The notes under the pieces were generated by a model, which had not been told where the DNA came from, searched no databases, and saw only the letters and a list, made by a program, of their open reading frames with translations. From Candidatus Pacearchaeota archaeon CG1_02_32_21 (lineage in GTDB: Archaea; Nanobdellota; Nanobdellia; Pacearchaeales; GW2011-AR1): DNA of 51,392 nt. The DNA lies in the NCBI GenBank assembly GCA_001872185.1, contig MNVX01000036.1, positions 1 to 51,392 on the forward strand, in the 5' to 3' direction. Shown here piece by piece: positions 7,952-17,020 of this stretch (position 1 is the first letter of the stretch; every line of letters begins with the position of its first letter). A program made the position numbers and the translations under genes.

Positions 7952-8512
7952 ATGGAGCGCGGAATTGATAATAAGACTATTTTGGACAGGTTTGCACTTG
8001 ATTTTGTTAAAATTATAGAGAAACATTGTAAATATATTATTGTTTCTGGATTTGTAGCTATTGCTCATGGCAGGAGCAGGGGTACAGAAGATATAGACAT
8101 GATAATTGAGAGAGTTTCAAGAGATAAATTTGCTAAATTGCATAATGATTTAGTAAAAAATGGTTTTGAGTGCATGCAATCAGAAGACTCTGACGTTGTT
8201 TATGAATACTTAATCAATAAAACTAGTGTTAGATATACGTATAAAGAGGAATTTTTGCCGGAAATGGAAATCAAATTTGCAAAAGATGAAATTGATGATT
8301 TCCAGCTGAAGACTAGGAAAAAACTGCCACTTACAGGACTTGATGTCTATTTTTCTTCAATTGAAATGAATATTGCATTTAAGGAAGAATATTTAAGGTC
8401 TGATAAAGATCTTGAAGATGCAAGACATCTTAGAATTGTTTATAAAGGCAAAATTAATGAAAACGAAATAAATGAAATAAAAAAAATGATAAAAAAAGTC
8501 AGAAAAAAATGA
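7952..8512 (+). CDS. nucleotidyltransferase-fold protein
   Basis: SGFVAIAHGRSRGTEDIDMII fits the G[GS]...DxD minimal nucleotidyltransferase motif. Confidence 0.5.
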   Translation: MERGIDNKTILDRFALDFVKIIEKHCKYIIVSGFVAIAHGRSRGTEDIDMIIERVSRDKFAKLHNDLVKNGFECMQSEDSDVVYEYLINKTSVRYTYKEEFLPEMEIKFAKDEIDDFQLKTRKKLPLTGLDVYFSSIEMNIAFKEEYLRSDKDLEDARHLRIVYKGKINENEINEIKKMIKKVRKK

Positions 8513-8727
8513 AAAAAATAAAATATTCTATCAGGAAAGAGCATAAAGAACAGATTGAAAGGTGGGCAAATTATGTTAGAGATAATCCTCAAGAGTGGAA
8601 AGCTAAATTAAAACCATTTATTGACGGTCAGATAATTATGGCAAGAAGATTTTACAATAAACTTGCTGAAACTTCGGAAGGCAGAGAAAAGATAAAACTA
8701 ATAAAAAGCAATGTTAAGCTCGGTTAA
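8509..8727 (+). CDS. hypothetical helical protein, translationally coupled to 7952..8512
   Basis: ATGA start/stop overlap with the upstream gene. No recognisable motif. Confidence 0.4.
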   Translation: MKKIKYSIRKEHKEQIERWANYVRDNPQEWKAKLKPFIDGQIIMARRFYNKLAETSEGREKIKLIKSNVKLG

Positions 8728-8790
8728 GACATAAGCTTTATATATTTTAATTTCTTTAAAAAGAAATAATACATAAAAAAAGGGATAAAA

Positions 8791-9048
8791 ATGCAGAAAA
8801 TACCGGGTTATATTTTAATTGTTTTAGGAATAGTTGTTTTACTTGCAGGAGTTAAACCTACAAATACTTATTTTCAGAGTGTTATTCCCTTTTTAAGCTC
8901 AATTAATTATATTTTTGTAATAATTGCCGGAGCTGTGATTCTTATTATAGGAGTGTTTCTTTTGAGAAATTCTGGCGGTGGCAAGAGAAAGGTTAGTGAG
9001 GTTCCTATTTATCAAGGCAAGAATATAGTTGGTTATAGAAGAGGTTAG
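8791..9048 (+). CDS. small two-TM membrane protein
   Basis: Two hydrophobic helices followed by a basic C-terminal tail. Confidence 0.45.
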   Translation: MQKIPGYILIVLGIVVLLAGVKPTNTYFQSVIPFLSSINYIFVIIAGAVILIIGVFLLRNSGGGKRKVSEVPIYQGKNIVGYRRG

Positions 9049-9051
9049 TTT

Positions 9052-9855
9052 TTAATTTAATCTTGAGATTGCCTGTTGAATGCGTTTCTTTTCGTCCTGA
9101 AGTTTACCAGCTTCTTTAGAAGATAGTCCTGGATTTGCCAAAGCTCTATTTATAGCGTCAAGGTCTTTTTGCAAGTCATTCCTTAATAAAATTCTTTGAG
9201 TTTCATCGCCCTTTTTTATTGCAGAAACTATTAGCATTCTGTTTATTTTTCTTTCAAATATCAGTATTATAACTGAAACTATGGTTATTCCTATGTACAT
9301 CATAGCAAGGTTTTGCCACCATTGCCCGCCAATTGCAAAATCAGACCATCTTGAATATGCAAGCCCTAGATAAATAAATCCAAATGCTACCCATCCAACT
9401 TTTCTTAGAAAGCTGCTTCCAAGACTTTCTATGAAAAAGAAGTATATTATTAAAGGCAGCAGTGATGAAAGTAGAACTCCGAGAGCACCATAAGGAAGCC
9501 AGATAAGATTAATCATAGCTTCTGTTGTAAGATATCTTGCTGCAATTAGTGCAATTAATAAGGCAATAACTCTATTAACTCTTTCATTTTCTCCAATTGT
9601 CGGAACCTTTTTTAATGCAGAGATTAGTATAACAAGTGTTAGTAAAAATATCAAAAACTTGATAAAAAGCAGTTCTCCTGTAAAGATTTCATCCCCTCCA
9701 AGAATAAACATTAAAATTATCTGAAGATTTCTCCAAACACCTTCAGTCAGAAAATCAAATGAGCCTGAAAAACCAAATGGCTGAGCATAGATATTTGATG
9801 TAGTAAAAACAGCTATTAGCATTCCTAGTGCAATGAACAAAACTCTCTTTTTCAT
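9052..9855 (-). CDS. multi-pass membrane protein, PTIGEN-motif paralog family, C-terminal coiled coil
   Basis: Signal peptide (..TSNIYA|QP). Motif KKVPTIGENERVNRVIALLIALIAARYLTTEAMINLIWLPYGALGVLLSSLLPLIIYFFFIE is shared with 9919..10809. Confidence 0.6.
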   Translation of the reverse strand: MKKRVLFIALGMLIAVFTTSNIYAQPFGFSGSFDFLTEGVWRNLQIILMFILGGDEIFTGELLFIKFLIFLLTLVILISALKKVPTIGENERVNRVIALLIALIAARYLTTEAMINLIWLPYGALGVLLSSLLPLIIYFFFIESLGSSFLRKVGWVAFGFIYLGLAYSRWSDFAIGGQWWQNLAMMYIGITIVSVIILIFERKINRMLIVSAIKKGDETQRILLRNDLQKDLDAINRALANPGLSSKEAGKLQDEKKRIQQAISRLN

Positions 9856-9918
9856 TATTAGATAATTGCTAAGAAAGTTTATAAAGATTTAGGGAAGTTT
9901 AACTGTTAGCTTGTTATT

Positions 9919-10809
9919 TTATAATTTTGATATAGCTTCCATTAAACTATTTTTTTGCCTTTCTAGTTTTTTAGCTGTTTTGAGATCACCCCTAGTGGTA
10001 GCATTAGCTATTCCTTCTTCTAGTTCTTGGAGTCTCTCTCTCTTTTGAACTTTTAATAGTGAGTTAGATTCTAGTAATTCTGATTCTATCTTTGCTTTAT
10101 TAATTTTACTTCTTACTCTTGAATCGTAAATGAATATAAGCACTGCTAGTATTCCAATTATCATATATACCCAACTTAAGTTTAATATCCACGGTAACCA
10201 GTTATAACTCCCACCACCAAATATTGGTATATTTGCTATAGTTCCATAGTTTGTAGGGTTTAATTTAAGCTCATTCCATCTTAACAGGCCCATTAAAAAA
10301 TAGATAACTGCAAAAACCATCCAGCCTGTTTTTCTTATTAATGGTTCATTAAATCCTTCTATGAAAAAGAAGAAAATTATGAATGGAAGAATTGTTATAA
10401 GAGCTACTCCAAGAACACCTGTTGGAGTCCATAAGAAGTTTACCAAAGCATCAGTTGTAATTAATCTTACTGCCAGAAGACTCGCTATTATTGTTATTAC
10501 CCAAGATACTGCTTTGTTTTCTCCTATTGTTGGAGTGCGCTCAACTGCCCGGTATATTATTGCTATTAAAATTATTAAAAATAACACCTTTATGAATAAA
10601 ATTTCTGATGCTTTTGTCGTACTTGTAGAATCTGTGATGTCTCCAACAATATACTTTACTAGAGGTTCTAAGCTCTTAAGAATTTGGTCTATGTTGTTCA
10701 CAAGCACATTAGATGTTTGTGCTGAAACCATTAGTGCTGAGAATATAGAAAATATAACTAAAAAACCTATTAACAGCCCTACTTTTTTATTCATTTCAGT
10801 TAGAAGCAT
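9919..10809 (-). CDS. multi-pass membrane protein, PTIGEN-motif paralog family, C-terminal coiled coil
   Basis: ERTPTIGENKAVSWVITIIASLLAVRLITTDALVNFLWTPTGVLGVALITILPFIIFFFFIEG aligns residue by residue with the 9052..9855 product. Confidence 0.6.
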   Translation of the reverse strand: MLLTEMNKKVGLLIGFLVIFSIFSALMVSAQTSNVLVNNIDQILKSLEPLVKYIVGDITDSTSTTKASEILFIKVLFLIILIAIIYRAVERTPTIGENKAVSWVITIIASLLAVRLITTDALVNFLWTPTGVLGVALITILPFIIFFFFIEGFNEPLIRKTGWMVFAVIYFLMGLLRWNELKLNPTNYGTIANIPIFGGGSYNWLPWILNLSWVYMIIGILAVLIFIYDSRVRSKINKAKIESELLESNSLLKVQKRERLQELEEGIANATTRGDLKTAKKLERQKNSLMEAISKL

Positions 10810-10892
10810 GGTCTATTTTTAAACATTTCTTTATTTCAGTGCATTTATAGGTATAGGTAATCTTTAAAATCTAATTATACTTAAACTATAAT

Positions 10893-11582
10893 ATGAAGAA
10901 AGCCAAATTATTTTTATTGATTTTGACAGCTTTAATTTTTATTTTTTATCTGACCAATATTGCAGGTGCTACTGATGTTTTATCTCCTGATAAGGTAGTT
11001 GAAGGTGTAACTGGCATAGACTCTAATGATATTTCCCCAAATAGTGTTCAGTCTAGTGTAGAAGCCAAATGGCTGTATCTTAAGGAAGAATGGAAAAAGA
11101 TATTATTCAGAAATAAGCTTATATCTGGAGTTGATAGTATTCTTAAAAAATTAAATCCTGTTTTTGTTGTTTTATTCAAAGAAAGTTATGATCTTGTTTC
11201 TTTTAAGATGTGGATAATTATAATTCTCTGGTTTATTTCTTCAAGTATCTCTTTTGATCTTGTCAGGCTTTATGGACATCTTAAGATAGGGTGGAGTATT
11301 CTTGCGTCTTTAGTTATCAGTACAATTTTGGCACAAACTTATTTTCTTACTCTTATTTATGTTTTATTAGTAAAACTGGCAGGTTATCCAGAGTATTGGC
11401 CTGTCAGATTGATTTTATGGCTTGTTATTATAGTAGTTTTGTTTGTAGTTTATTATTTTGAAAAGTCATGGACACATTTTGTTAGACTTTCAAGAAAAGC
11501 ACAAAAGCATAGGTTGTTTGAAAGAAAGTACGAGAACTTTATGAGAATTTTTATAGATAAAGATAGTGGTTTAGGTGTTTAG
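10893..11582 (+). CDS. membrane protein with signal peptide (unknown function)
   Basis: Signal-like N-terminus (..TNIAGA|TD) and about 4 TM helices in the C-terminal half. Confidence 0.5.
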   Translation: MKKAKLFLLILTALIFIFYLTNIAGATDVLSPDKVVEGVTGIDSNDISPNSVQSSVEAKWLYLKEEWKKILFRNKLISGVDSILKKLNPVFVVLFKESYDLVSFKMWIIIILWFISSSISFDLVRLYGHLKIGWSILASLVISTILAQTYFLTLIYVLLVKLAGYPEYWPVRLILWLVIIVVLFVVYYFEKSWTHFVRLSRKAQKHRLFERKYENFMRIFIDKDSGLGV

Positions 11583-11586
11583 GTGT

Positions 11587-12204
11587 TTACCTTTTAGTTC
11601 CTGAAGATGCATCTGCTGTTTTAAGGAGATTTTTAAGTTTGCTTCCTAAAATAACTGCCTTTTCTTCTGATTTCTCTACACCCGATTTAACTCTTAATTG
11701 TTTTACCACATTTACTATTCCAAATACAAAAATTATTATTATGATTAGAGTTATAATCATCCTTAGTACCGAATTTTCTCCAAGTATTTTAAACGGAGTT
11801 AGGAAGTTAAATATTATTTCTGATAGTTTATTAAAAGTGCCATTAAAAGAAATAAGCCTGACTAAAACTATTGAAACAACTATTCTTACTATTGAGTTTT
11901 CATTTATTATTGAAGAAAATTTTACTATTTCATTCATCAAATAAATCATCATTAAAAACAGCACAAATGAAATAATAATTATATTCAGTGGCTGCTGATC
12001 TTTTATTCCTGTTAGAGCCAAAATTGTTGGACCTGAAGAAAATGTAAGTGGTTCTGTTGATGTTAGAGTTTCAAAGAAATTTTCCAAGCCTTCTGGCAGG
12101 TAGTCATTTATAATTATAGTATTGTTTAAGTCGCTAATATTCTGAGAGTATGCTAATGAAATAAGAAGTATTGTGATTATTGCACTAAAGATTATTTTTT
12201 TCAT
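11587..12204 (-). CDS. membrane protein, distant member of the PTIGEN-motif family
   Basis: Signal peptide. IINENSIVRIVVSIVLVRLIS parallels TIGENxxVxxVIxxxxAxRLIT of the two neighbours. Charged C-terminal tail. Confidence 0.5.
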   Translation of the reverse strand: MKKIIFSAIITILLISLAYSQNISDLNNTIIINDYLPEGLENFFETLTSTEPLTFSSGPTILALTGIKDQQPLNIIIISFVLFLMMIYLMNEIVKFSSIINENSIVRIVVSIVLVRLISFNGTFNKLSEIIFNFLTPFKILGENSVLRMIITLIIIIIFVFGIVNVVKQLRVKSGVEKSEEKAVILGSKLKNLLKTADASSGTKR

Positions 12205-12249
12205 TAACCCTTATGTTAAGTATAATTTATAATTGTTATGATTTGCAAT

Positions 12250-13096
12250 TTATGGTCCTCTAGCCCAACTTGGCATTTGGTAAAATGTTGATTTTCCGCT
12301 TTTTGCAATTTCTTTCATAGCTTCAATTTTTACTAATTCTATGGTAGTTGGATTTCTACTTATTTCTGTAGCAGCTTCAGCTAACTTTTGAGCTCTGTAT
12401 ACTTCTGCGTCAGCTATTTCTCTTATTCCTGCAGCTTCAGCTGAGGCTGTTGCAGCTCTTGCAAGCTGTTCCTCTAATGCGTCTGGGAGGTCAAGATTTG
12501 TAATATATAGGCCTTCCATTTTTTGTCCCTATGTCTTCAAGTTCTTTGAACTGGTATTTACCTTCCCCATTTATAGCTAAATTTTTTTCTTGTATATCTT
12601 CTGTATCTAAGAAGTCTTTTAACGTATGGTTTGATACAGTGTTCCTTACTCTTGCCATGGCAATAGCAAAAGTTGTCTCTCTGTAATCATCTACTGCAGT
12701 CATTGCTTTTAGAGGGTTTAATACTCTATAGTTAAGAATAGCATTTACTGCTGGTAGATCAACTCCATCTTGAGTTGTTACCTGTTGCATTCTTAGATCT
12801 TGAGTTTGAAGTTGAGTATTGACAACATAAGAACTTTTAATTAATCCATAAAGTCCCCAAATAAATCTCAATCCAGGATTTTTTGTTCTTGGTTTATTTG
12901 CAGAACCACCCCATCTAAGATTTGTGACATGATATCCTTTCGGTACAGTAAACCACTTGGGCAATAGTTTTGTAGTAAATTCCTCTTCTAAAGGATAGTC
13001 TCTTAATATACTTCCTTCTAAATCTGGAAAATCTTTTATATTCCTTTCTCTTGCTTTTTTTGCTTCAATTTTTACTAATTCTTGATCTGAAACCAT
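12250..13096 (-). pseudogene. SPFH/band-7 (stomatin/prohibitin-like) gene split by a frameshift at an A6 run
   Basis: ORFs 12491..13096 (SPFH core) and 12250..12519 (ITNLDLPDALEEQLARAATASAEAAGIREIADAEVYRAQKLAEAA, the typical SPFH C-terminal helix) overlap by 29 nt. The frames switch at A6 on the coding strand (12519-12524). Confidence 0.6.
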
Positions 13097-13161
13097 AAAT
13101 TCTTAACATTTGGTATATTTATAAATCTTTCTACTTTGTTACGACTAAATAGTGATTAATC

Positions 13162-13434
13162 CTAGAAACCTATTCTTCTGAAGTCAATTATTTCAGCTGA
13201 GCTTACCTGGGCAACTTTCCTTAAAGCATCAAGCAATGGGTCTTGTTCAAAGTTTTCATCTATACTAAGAGTTATTATTACTGCCTTTAAACCAAAAGCT
13301 ATTGGTTCTTGTTCTATAGATGCAACTTTTCCACCTTTATCTGTTATTATCTCCTTTGCATTTCCCTCTATTTCTGCTAAATCTGCATCAGGGGCATCTG
13401 GCATTATTTTAATTTTAATAGCTGCATGACTCAT
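13162..13434 (-). CDS. ef1b: translation elongation factor aEF-1 beta
   Basis: 90 aa. IKIMPDAPDADL...EQEPIAFGLKAVIITL...EIIDFRRI matches the archaeal EF-1beta pattern. Confidence 0.85.
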   Translation of the reverse strand: MSHAAIKIKIMPDAPDADLAEIEGNAKEIITDKGGKVASIEQEPIAFGLKAVIITLSIDENFEQDPLLDALRKVAQVSSAEIIDFRRIGF

Positions 13435-13539
13435 AATTTTGTTTAGGTAGGAGTGTTTTTAAAAGTTGTTGTTTATCTGACATAATACTTAAAAACAACC
13501 TTTTTGTAAAAGGATTAGACAAAATATTAAAAGAGGAAA

Positions 13540-14472
13540 ATGACAAATTACAATCAGCTTGTTGAGAAAATATCTAAGTCATCTGGGCTTTCTGTTGAAG
13601 AAATTAATAGAATGGTCGAAACCAAATGCGCCAAATTATCTGGTCTAATAAGCAAAGAGGGAAGTGCCCAGATTGTAGCTTCTGAACTAGGAATTAGTTT
13701 TGATAAAGATAAGTTAAAGATTAATGAACTGATGTCTGGAATGAAGAAGGTGAATCTTATTGGCAAGGTAATAAGCATTGCTCCGATAAGGAACTTTACA
13801 ACTAAAAGCGGAGTTGAAAGCAAGGTTATGGCTATGACTCTTGCAGATGAAACAGGAAATGTCAGGACTGTTTTATGGGATACTAACCACATATCTTTAT
13901 TTGAAACTAATAAAATAAAAGAAGGAGAGGTTATTGAGATAAGCAATGGAAGTATAAGAAACGATGAACTTCATTTAGGCAGTTTTTCTGATATAAAGGT
14001 GAGTAAAGAACAGATAGCTAATGTGAAAACAGAGAGTTTTAGTCCTGAAAGAACTCTCGAATCTGTTAAAGCTGGTCAAAACATAAAGAATAGGGCATTT
14101 ATTGTACAGGTTTTTGAGCCAAGATTTTTTGAGATTTGCCCGCAGTGTAATAAAAAAGCTGTAAGTAATACATGTGTAGAACATGGCGTAATTGTTGCCC
14201 TGAAAAGAGCTTTACTTACTTTAGTGTTGGATGATGGCAGTGAAAATATGCGGGGAGTTTTATTTAGTGAAGGAATTAAAGGGCTTGGAATTGAAGATGG
14301 TGAGCTAGAAAATAAAGAATTGTTTGAAAAAAGAAAAAATGACCTGCTTGGAGAGGAATTTTTATTTGAGGGAAGTGTGAGGAGCAATAATGTTTTTAAT
14401 ACCAGCGAATTGATTATTAATAAAGTCAGTAAAGTTGAAATAGATCCTTTAATCGAGCAATTGAGAGTATAA
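13540..14472 (+). CDS. rpa: replication protein A-like ssDNA-binding protein (OB folds plus zinc finger)
   Basis: OB-fold signature VNLIGKVISIAPIRNFTTKSGVESKVMAMTLADETGNVRTVLWD and the Zn motif CPQCNKK...CVEHG. Confidence 0.7.
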   Translation: MTNYNQLVEKISKSSGLSVEEINRMVETKCAKLSGLISKEGSAQIVASELGISFDKDKLKINELMSGMKKVNLIGKVISIAPIRNFTTKSGVESKVMAMTLADETGNVRTVLWDTNHISLFETNKIKEGEVIEISNGSIRNDELHLGSFSDIKVSKEQIANVKTESFSPERTLESVKAGQNIKNRAFIVQVFEPRFFEICPQCNKKAVSNTCVEHGVIVALKRALLTLVLDDGSENMRGVLFSEGIKGLGIEDGELENKELFEKRKNDLLGEEFLFEGSVRSNNVFNTSELIINKVSKVEIDPLIEQLRV

Positions 14473-14573
14473 TTTGAAATAGATTTAGTACTGAAATAAT
14501 CTTTATATATAGTAATCTTTTGGAAAGATTAGACAAACCAGAGTTTTTATATAAATAAATTTTTTGAGATAAA

Positions 14574-15581
14574 ATGACAGACAAAGAAGAGGCAAAAAAA
14601 ATCAAAGGTGCAGTTGAAGAAGAAGCTAAGATAAGTGATCTTCCAGGAATAGGTGTAGCTGCAGTTGCCAAGCTTGAATCTGCAGGTATTTTTGATTTAA
14701 TGGGTGTTGCTACTTTATCACCTCCTGTCTTATCAGAATTGACTGGTATTGGAGAAGCTGTTTGTAGAAAAGCTATTCAGGCATCTAGAAAGATGCTAAA
14801 TCTTGGATTTATGGATGCCTTTGAGTATGGGAAAAAGAGAGAAGATATTAATTATATTCCTACTGGAAGCAAGAATATTGATAACCTCTTGGGGGGGAAA
14901 GGAGTTGAAAGCAAGGCCATTACTGAAGTTTTTGGTGCATTTGGCAGTGGAAAGACGCAGTTGGCATTATCTCTTGCAGTTAATGTACAGTTGCCTAAGG
15001 AAAAAGGAGGACCAAGTGGCAAAGCAGTTTATATTGATACAGAGGGAACATTCAGGCCTGAAAGAGTTAAACAATTTGCTGAAGGTATGGGAGCAAATCC
15101 TGAAAAAGTGTTAAAAAATATTTTTGTTGCAAGAGCTTTTAATAGCGATCACCAGATTCTTTTAGTTGAAAAGATAGGCGAGATGATTAAAAATGGCGAG
15201 CCAATAAAACTTGTTATAATAGATTCTTTAACAGCTCATTTCAGAGCAGAGTATGCTGGAAGAGGACAGCTAGCTGACAGACAGCAAAGACTTAACAAGT
15301 ATTTACATGATTTAATGAAACTGGCAGAGCAGAGAAATTTAGCTGTTTTTGTTACAAATCAGGTAATGGCTAATCCTGCAATGATGTTTGGAGACCCTAC
15401 AACTGCTATTGGTGGAAATATTGTTGGTCATGCTTCGACATATAGAATGTACTTAAGAAGAGGAAAGAAGGACACAAGAGTTGCCAAGCTTATTGATAGT
15501 CCTAATTTGCCAGATAACGAAACTGTGTTTATGGTTACAACTGATGGCTTGAAGGATGTTATTTTGAAGGGAGAGGATTAA
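14574..15581 (+). CDS. radA: DNA repair and recombination protein RadA
   Basis: N-terminal HhH region ([17 protein letters not shown]), Walker [10 protein letters not shown], and [14 protein letters not shown]. Confidence 0.95.
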   Translation: MTDKEEAKKIKGAVEEEAKISDLPGIGVAAVAKLESAGIFDLMGVATLSPPVLSELTGIGEAVCRKAIQASRKMLNLGFMDAFEYGKKREDINYIPTGSKNIDNLLGGKGVESKAITEVFGAFGSGKTQLALSLAVNVQLPKEKGGPSGKAVYIDTEGTFRPERVKQFAEGMGANPEKVLKNIFVARAFNSDHQILLVEKIGEMIKNGEPIKLVIIDSLTAHFRAEYAGRGQLADRQQRLNKYLHDLMKLAEQRNLAVFVTNQVMANPAMMFGDPTTAIGGNIVGHASTYRMYLRRGKKDTRVAKLIDSPNLPDNETVFMVTTDGLKDVILKGED

Positions 15582-15631
15582 CTAAATCTTTTTATATTAT
15601 TATCCTATTGTTTTTTTATAAGAGGTGAACT

Positions 15632-16855
15632 ATGGAGATTATTGCAGATTTACAAATACATTCTAAGTATGCAAGAGCAACTTCTAAAGATTTAAGCTTT
15701 GAAAATTTGGAGAAATATGCAAGGATGAAAGGCATTAATCTTCTTGGCGTTGGAGATTTTCAGCATCCGGAACATAGAGAAGAGATAACAAAGAAATTGA
15801 AAGAAGATGATAAAGGGATTTTATGGACAAAAACTGGATTTGCTTTTTTATGGCAGACTGAAATTAGTTTAATGTATTCTGAAAATGGAAAAAGAAGAGC
15901 TGTTCATTTGCTTGTTTTTGCACCAAATGGAAAAATTGCTGATAAAATAATCTTATATTTGGGGAGCAAGGGAAGATTAGATTATGATGGAAGGCCTATA
16001 TTTGGGATTACATGCAGAGATGCTGTTAAAGATTTAAAGGAAATAGATGATAGAATTGAAATAATTCCTGCACATTGCATGACTCCTTGGTTTGGCTTGT
16101 TTGGAAGCAAGTCTGGATTTGATTCCCTGAAAGAGTGTTTTGGAGAGCAGTTGGATAAAATACATGCAATAGAGTCTGGCATGTCTGCAGATCCCTCAAT
16201 GCTCTGGAGATTTGAAGAAGTGGCTAATGGCAAAGTAAGGGTTGTTAGTTTTAGTGATGCACATAGTTTTTGGCCATGGAGAATTGGAAGGGAGGCAACA
16301 ATATTTGATATTGAAGAGCTAAGTTATGATAATATAATAAAAGCTATAAGAACTGGACAGGGTTTAAAGGGAACAATTGAAACTCCTCCTGAATATGGAA
16401 GATATCACTGGGATGGGCATAGAAACTGTAATTTTTCATGTGGTCCTGAAGAAACGAAAAAATTAAATAGAATATGCCCTAAGTGCGGAGGTAAACTAAT
16501 TATTGGAGTTGAGTATAGGGTTGAAGAACTGGCTAAGAAAAATAAAGGATTTACCCCTAAAAATTCTGTGCAATTTCATAAGTTACTTCCTTTGCATGAG
16601 TTGCTTGTTTTACATACTGGTTCAGGGATTGCAAGTAAGGGAAACTGGGAAATGTATAATAGTTTAATTGAAAAGTTTGGAAATGAATTTAATATTTTGC
16701 TTAGGGTTAACAAGGAAGATTTAATTTCTAAAGAAGTTAAGCTAAAGCTTATTGATTTGATTATAAGGAATAGGGAAGGTAAAATAAAAATCAAGCCTGG
16801 ATATGACGGAGAGTATGGCGTTGCAATGCTTGAAGAGCAGAAGAAGCTGTTTTAA
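15632..16855 (+). CDS. PHP-domain endonuclease, EndoQ-like
   Basis: DLQIHSKYARATS at the N-terminus, PAHCMTPWFG, SFSDAHS, zinc ribbon CPKCGGKL and C-terminal PGYDGEYG, laid out as in archaeal endonuclease Q. Confidence 0.7.
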   Translation: MEIIADLQIHSKYARATSKDLSFENLEKYARMKGINLLGVGDFQHPEHREEITKKLKEDDKGILWTKTGFAFLWQTEISLMYSENGKRRAVHLLVFAPNGKIADKIILYLGSKGRLDYDGRPIFGITCRDAVKDLKEIDDRIEIIPAHCMTPWFGLFGSKSGFDSLKECFGEQLDKIHAIESGMSADPSMLWRFEEVANGKVRVVSFSDAHSFWPWRIGREATIFDIEELSYDNIIKAIRTGQGLKGTIETPPEYGRYHWDGHRNCNFSCGPEETKKLNRICPKCGGKLIIGVEYRVEELAKKNKGFTPKNSVQFHKLLPLHELLVLHTGSGIASKGNWEMYNSLIEKFGNEFNILLRVNKEDLISKEVKLKLIDLIIRNREGKIKIKPGYDGEYGVAMLEEQKKLF

Positions 16856-16877
16856 TTAAACCCCACAAATGAGATAG

Positions 16878-17012
16878 TTAACTATTTCTTTCTTTAACAA
16901 ACCTCTCCCTGAATTTCAAACCCGCAGGTTTTGTCTCTGAATTGCATTTTGGGCATTTGTCTTTAAATGTGTATGAATTACAGCTTTTGTTTGGGCATTT
17001 TTTTAATAACAT
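16878..17012 (-). CDS. nop10: Nop10-like zinc-ribbon protein (H/ACA RNP), 44 aa, not in ORF track
   Basis: MLLKKCPNKSCNSYTFKDKCPKCNSETKPAGLKFRERFVKERNS has two Cys knuckles. It lies 8 nt downstream of aIF2-alpha, the conserved archaeal eIF2a-nop10 order. Confidence 0.5.
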   Translation of the reverse strand: MLLKKCPNKSCNSYTFKDKCPKCNSETKPAGLKFRERFVKERNS

Positions 17013-17020
17013 TTTATTTT

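Noticed and set aside
13554-14387. Track ORFs on the strand opposite to rpa (13554..13946, 13975..14184, 14076..14387). Similar antisense or alternate-frame ORFs lie inside radA, EndoQ, aIF2a, SRP54, FtsY, GINS, TFB, GlyRS, the giant gene and others (for example 14803..15114, 15982..16233, 17047..17268, 22511..22743, 23068..23727, 23855..24598, 25007..25548, 32135..32635, 39071..39627, 45158..46149).
   Set aside because: They lie fully inside well-supported genes. Their translations are low-complexity and Ser/Phe/Leu/Ile-rich, typical of shadow frames of Lys/Glu-rich genes in AT-rich DNA, and they carry no recognisable motifs.
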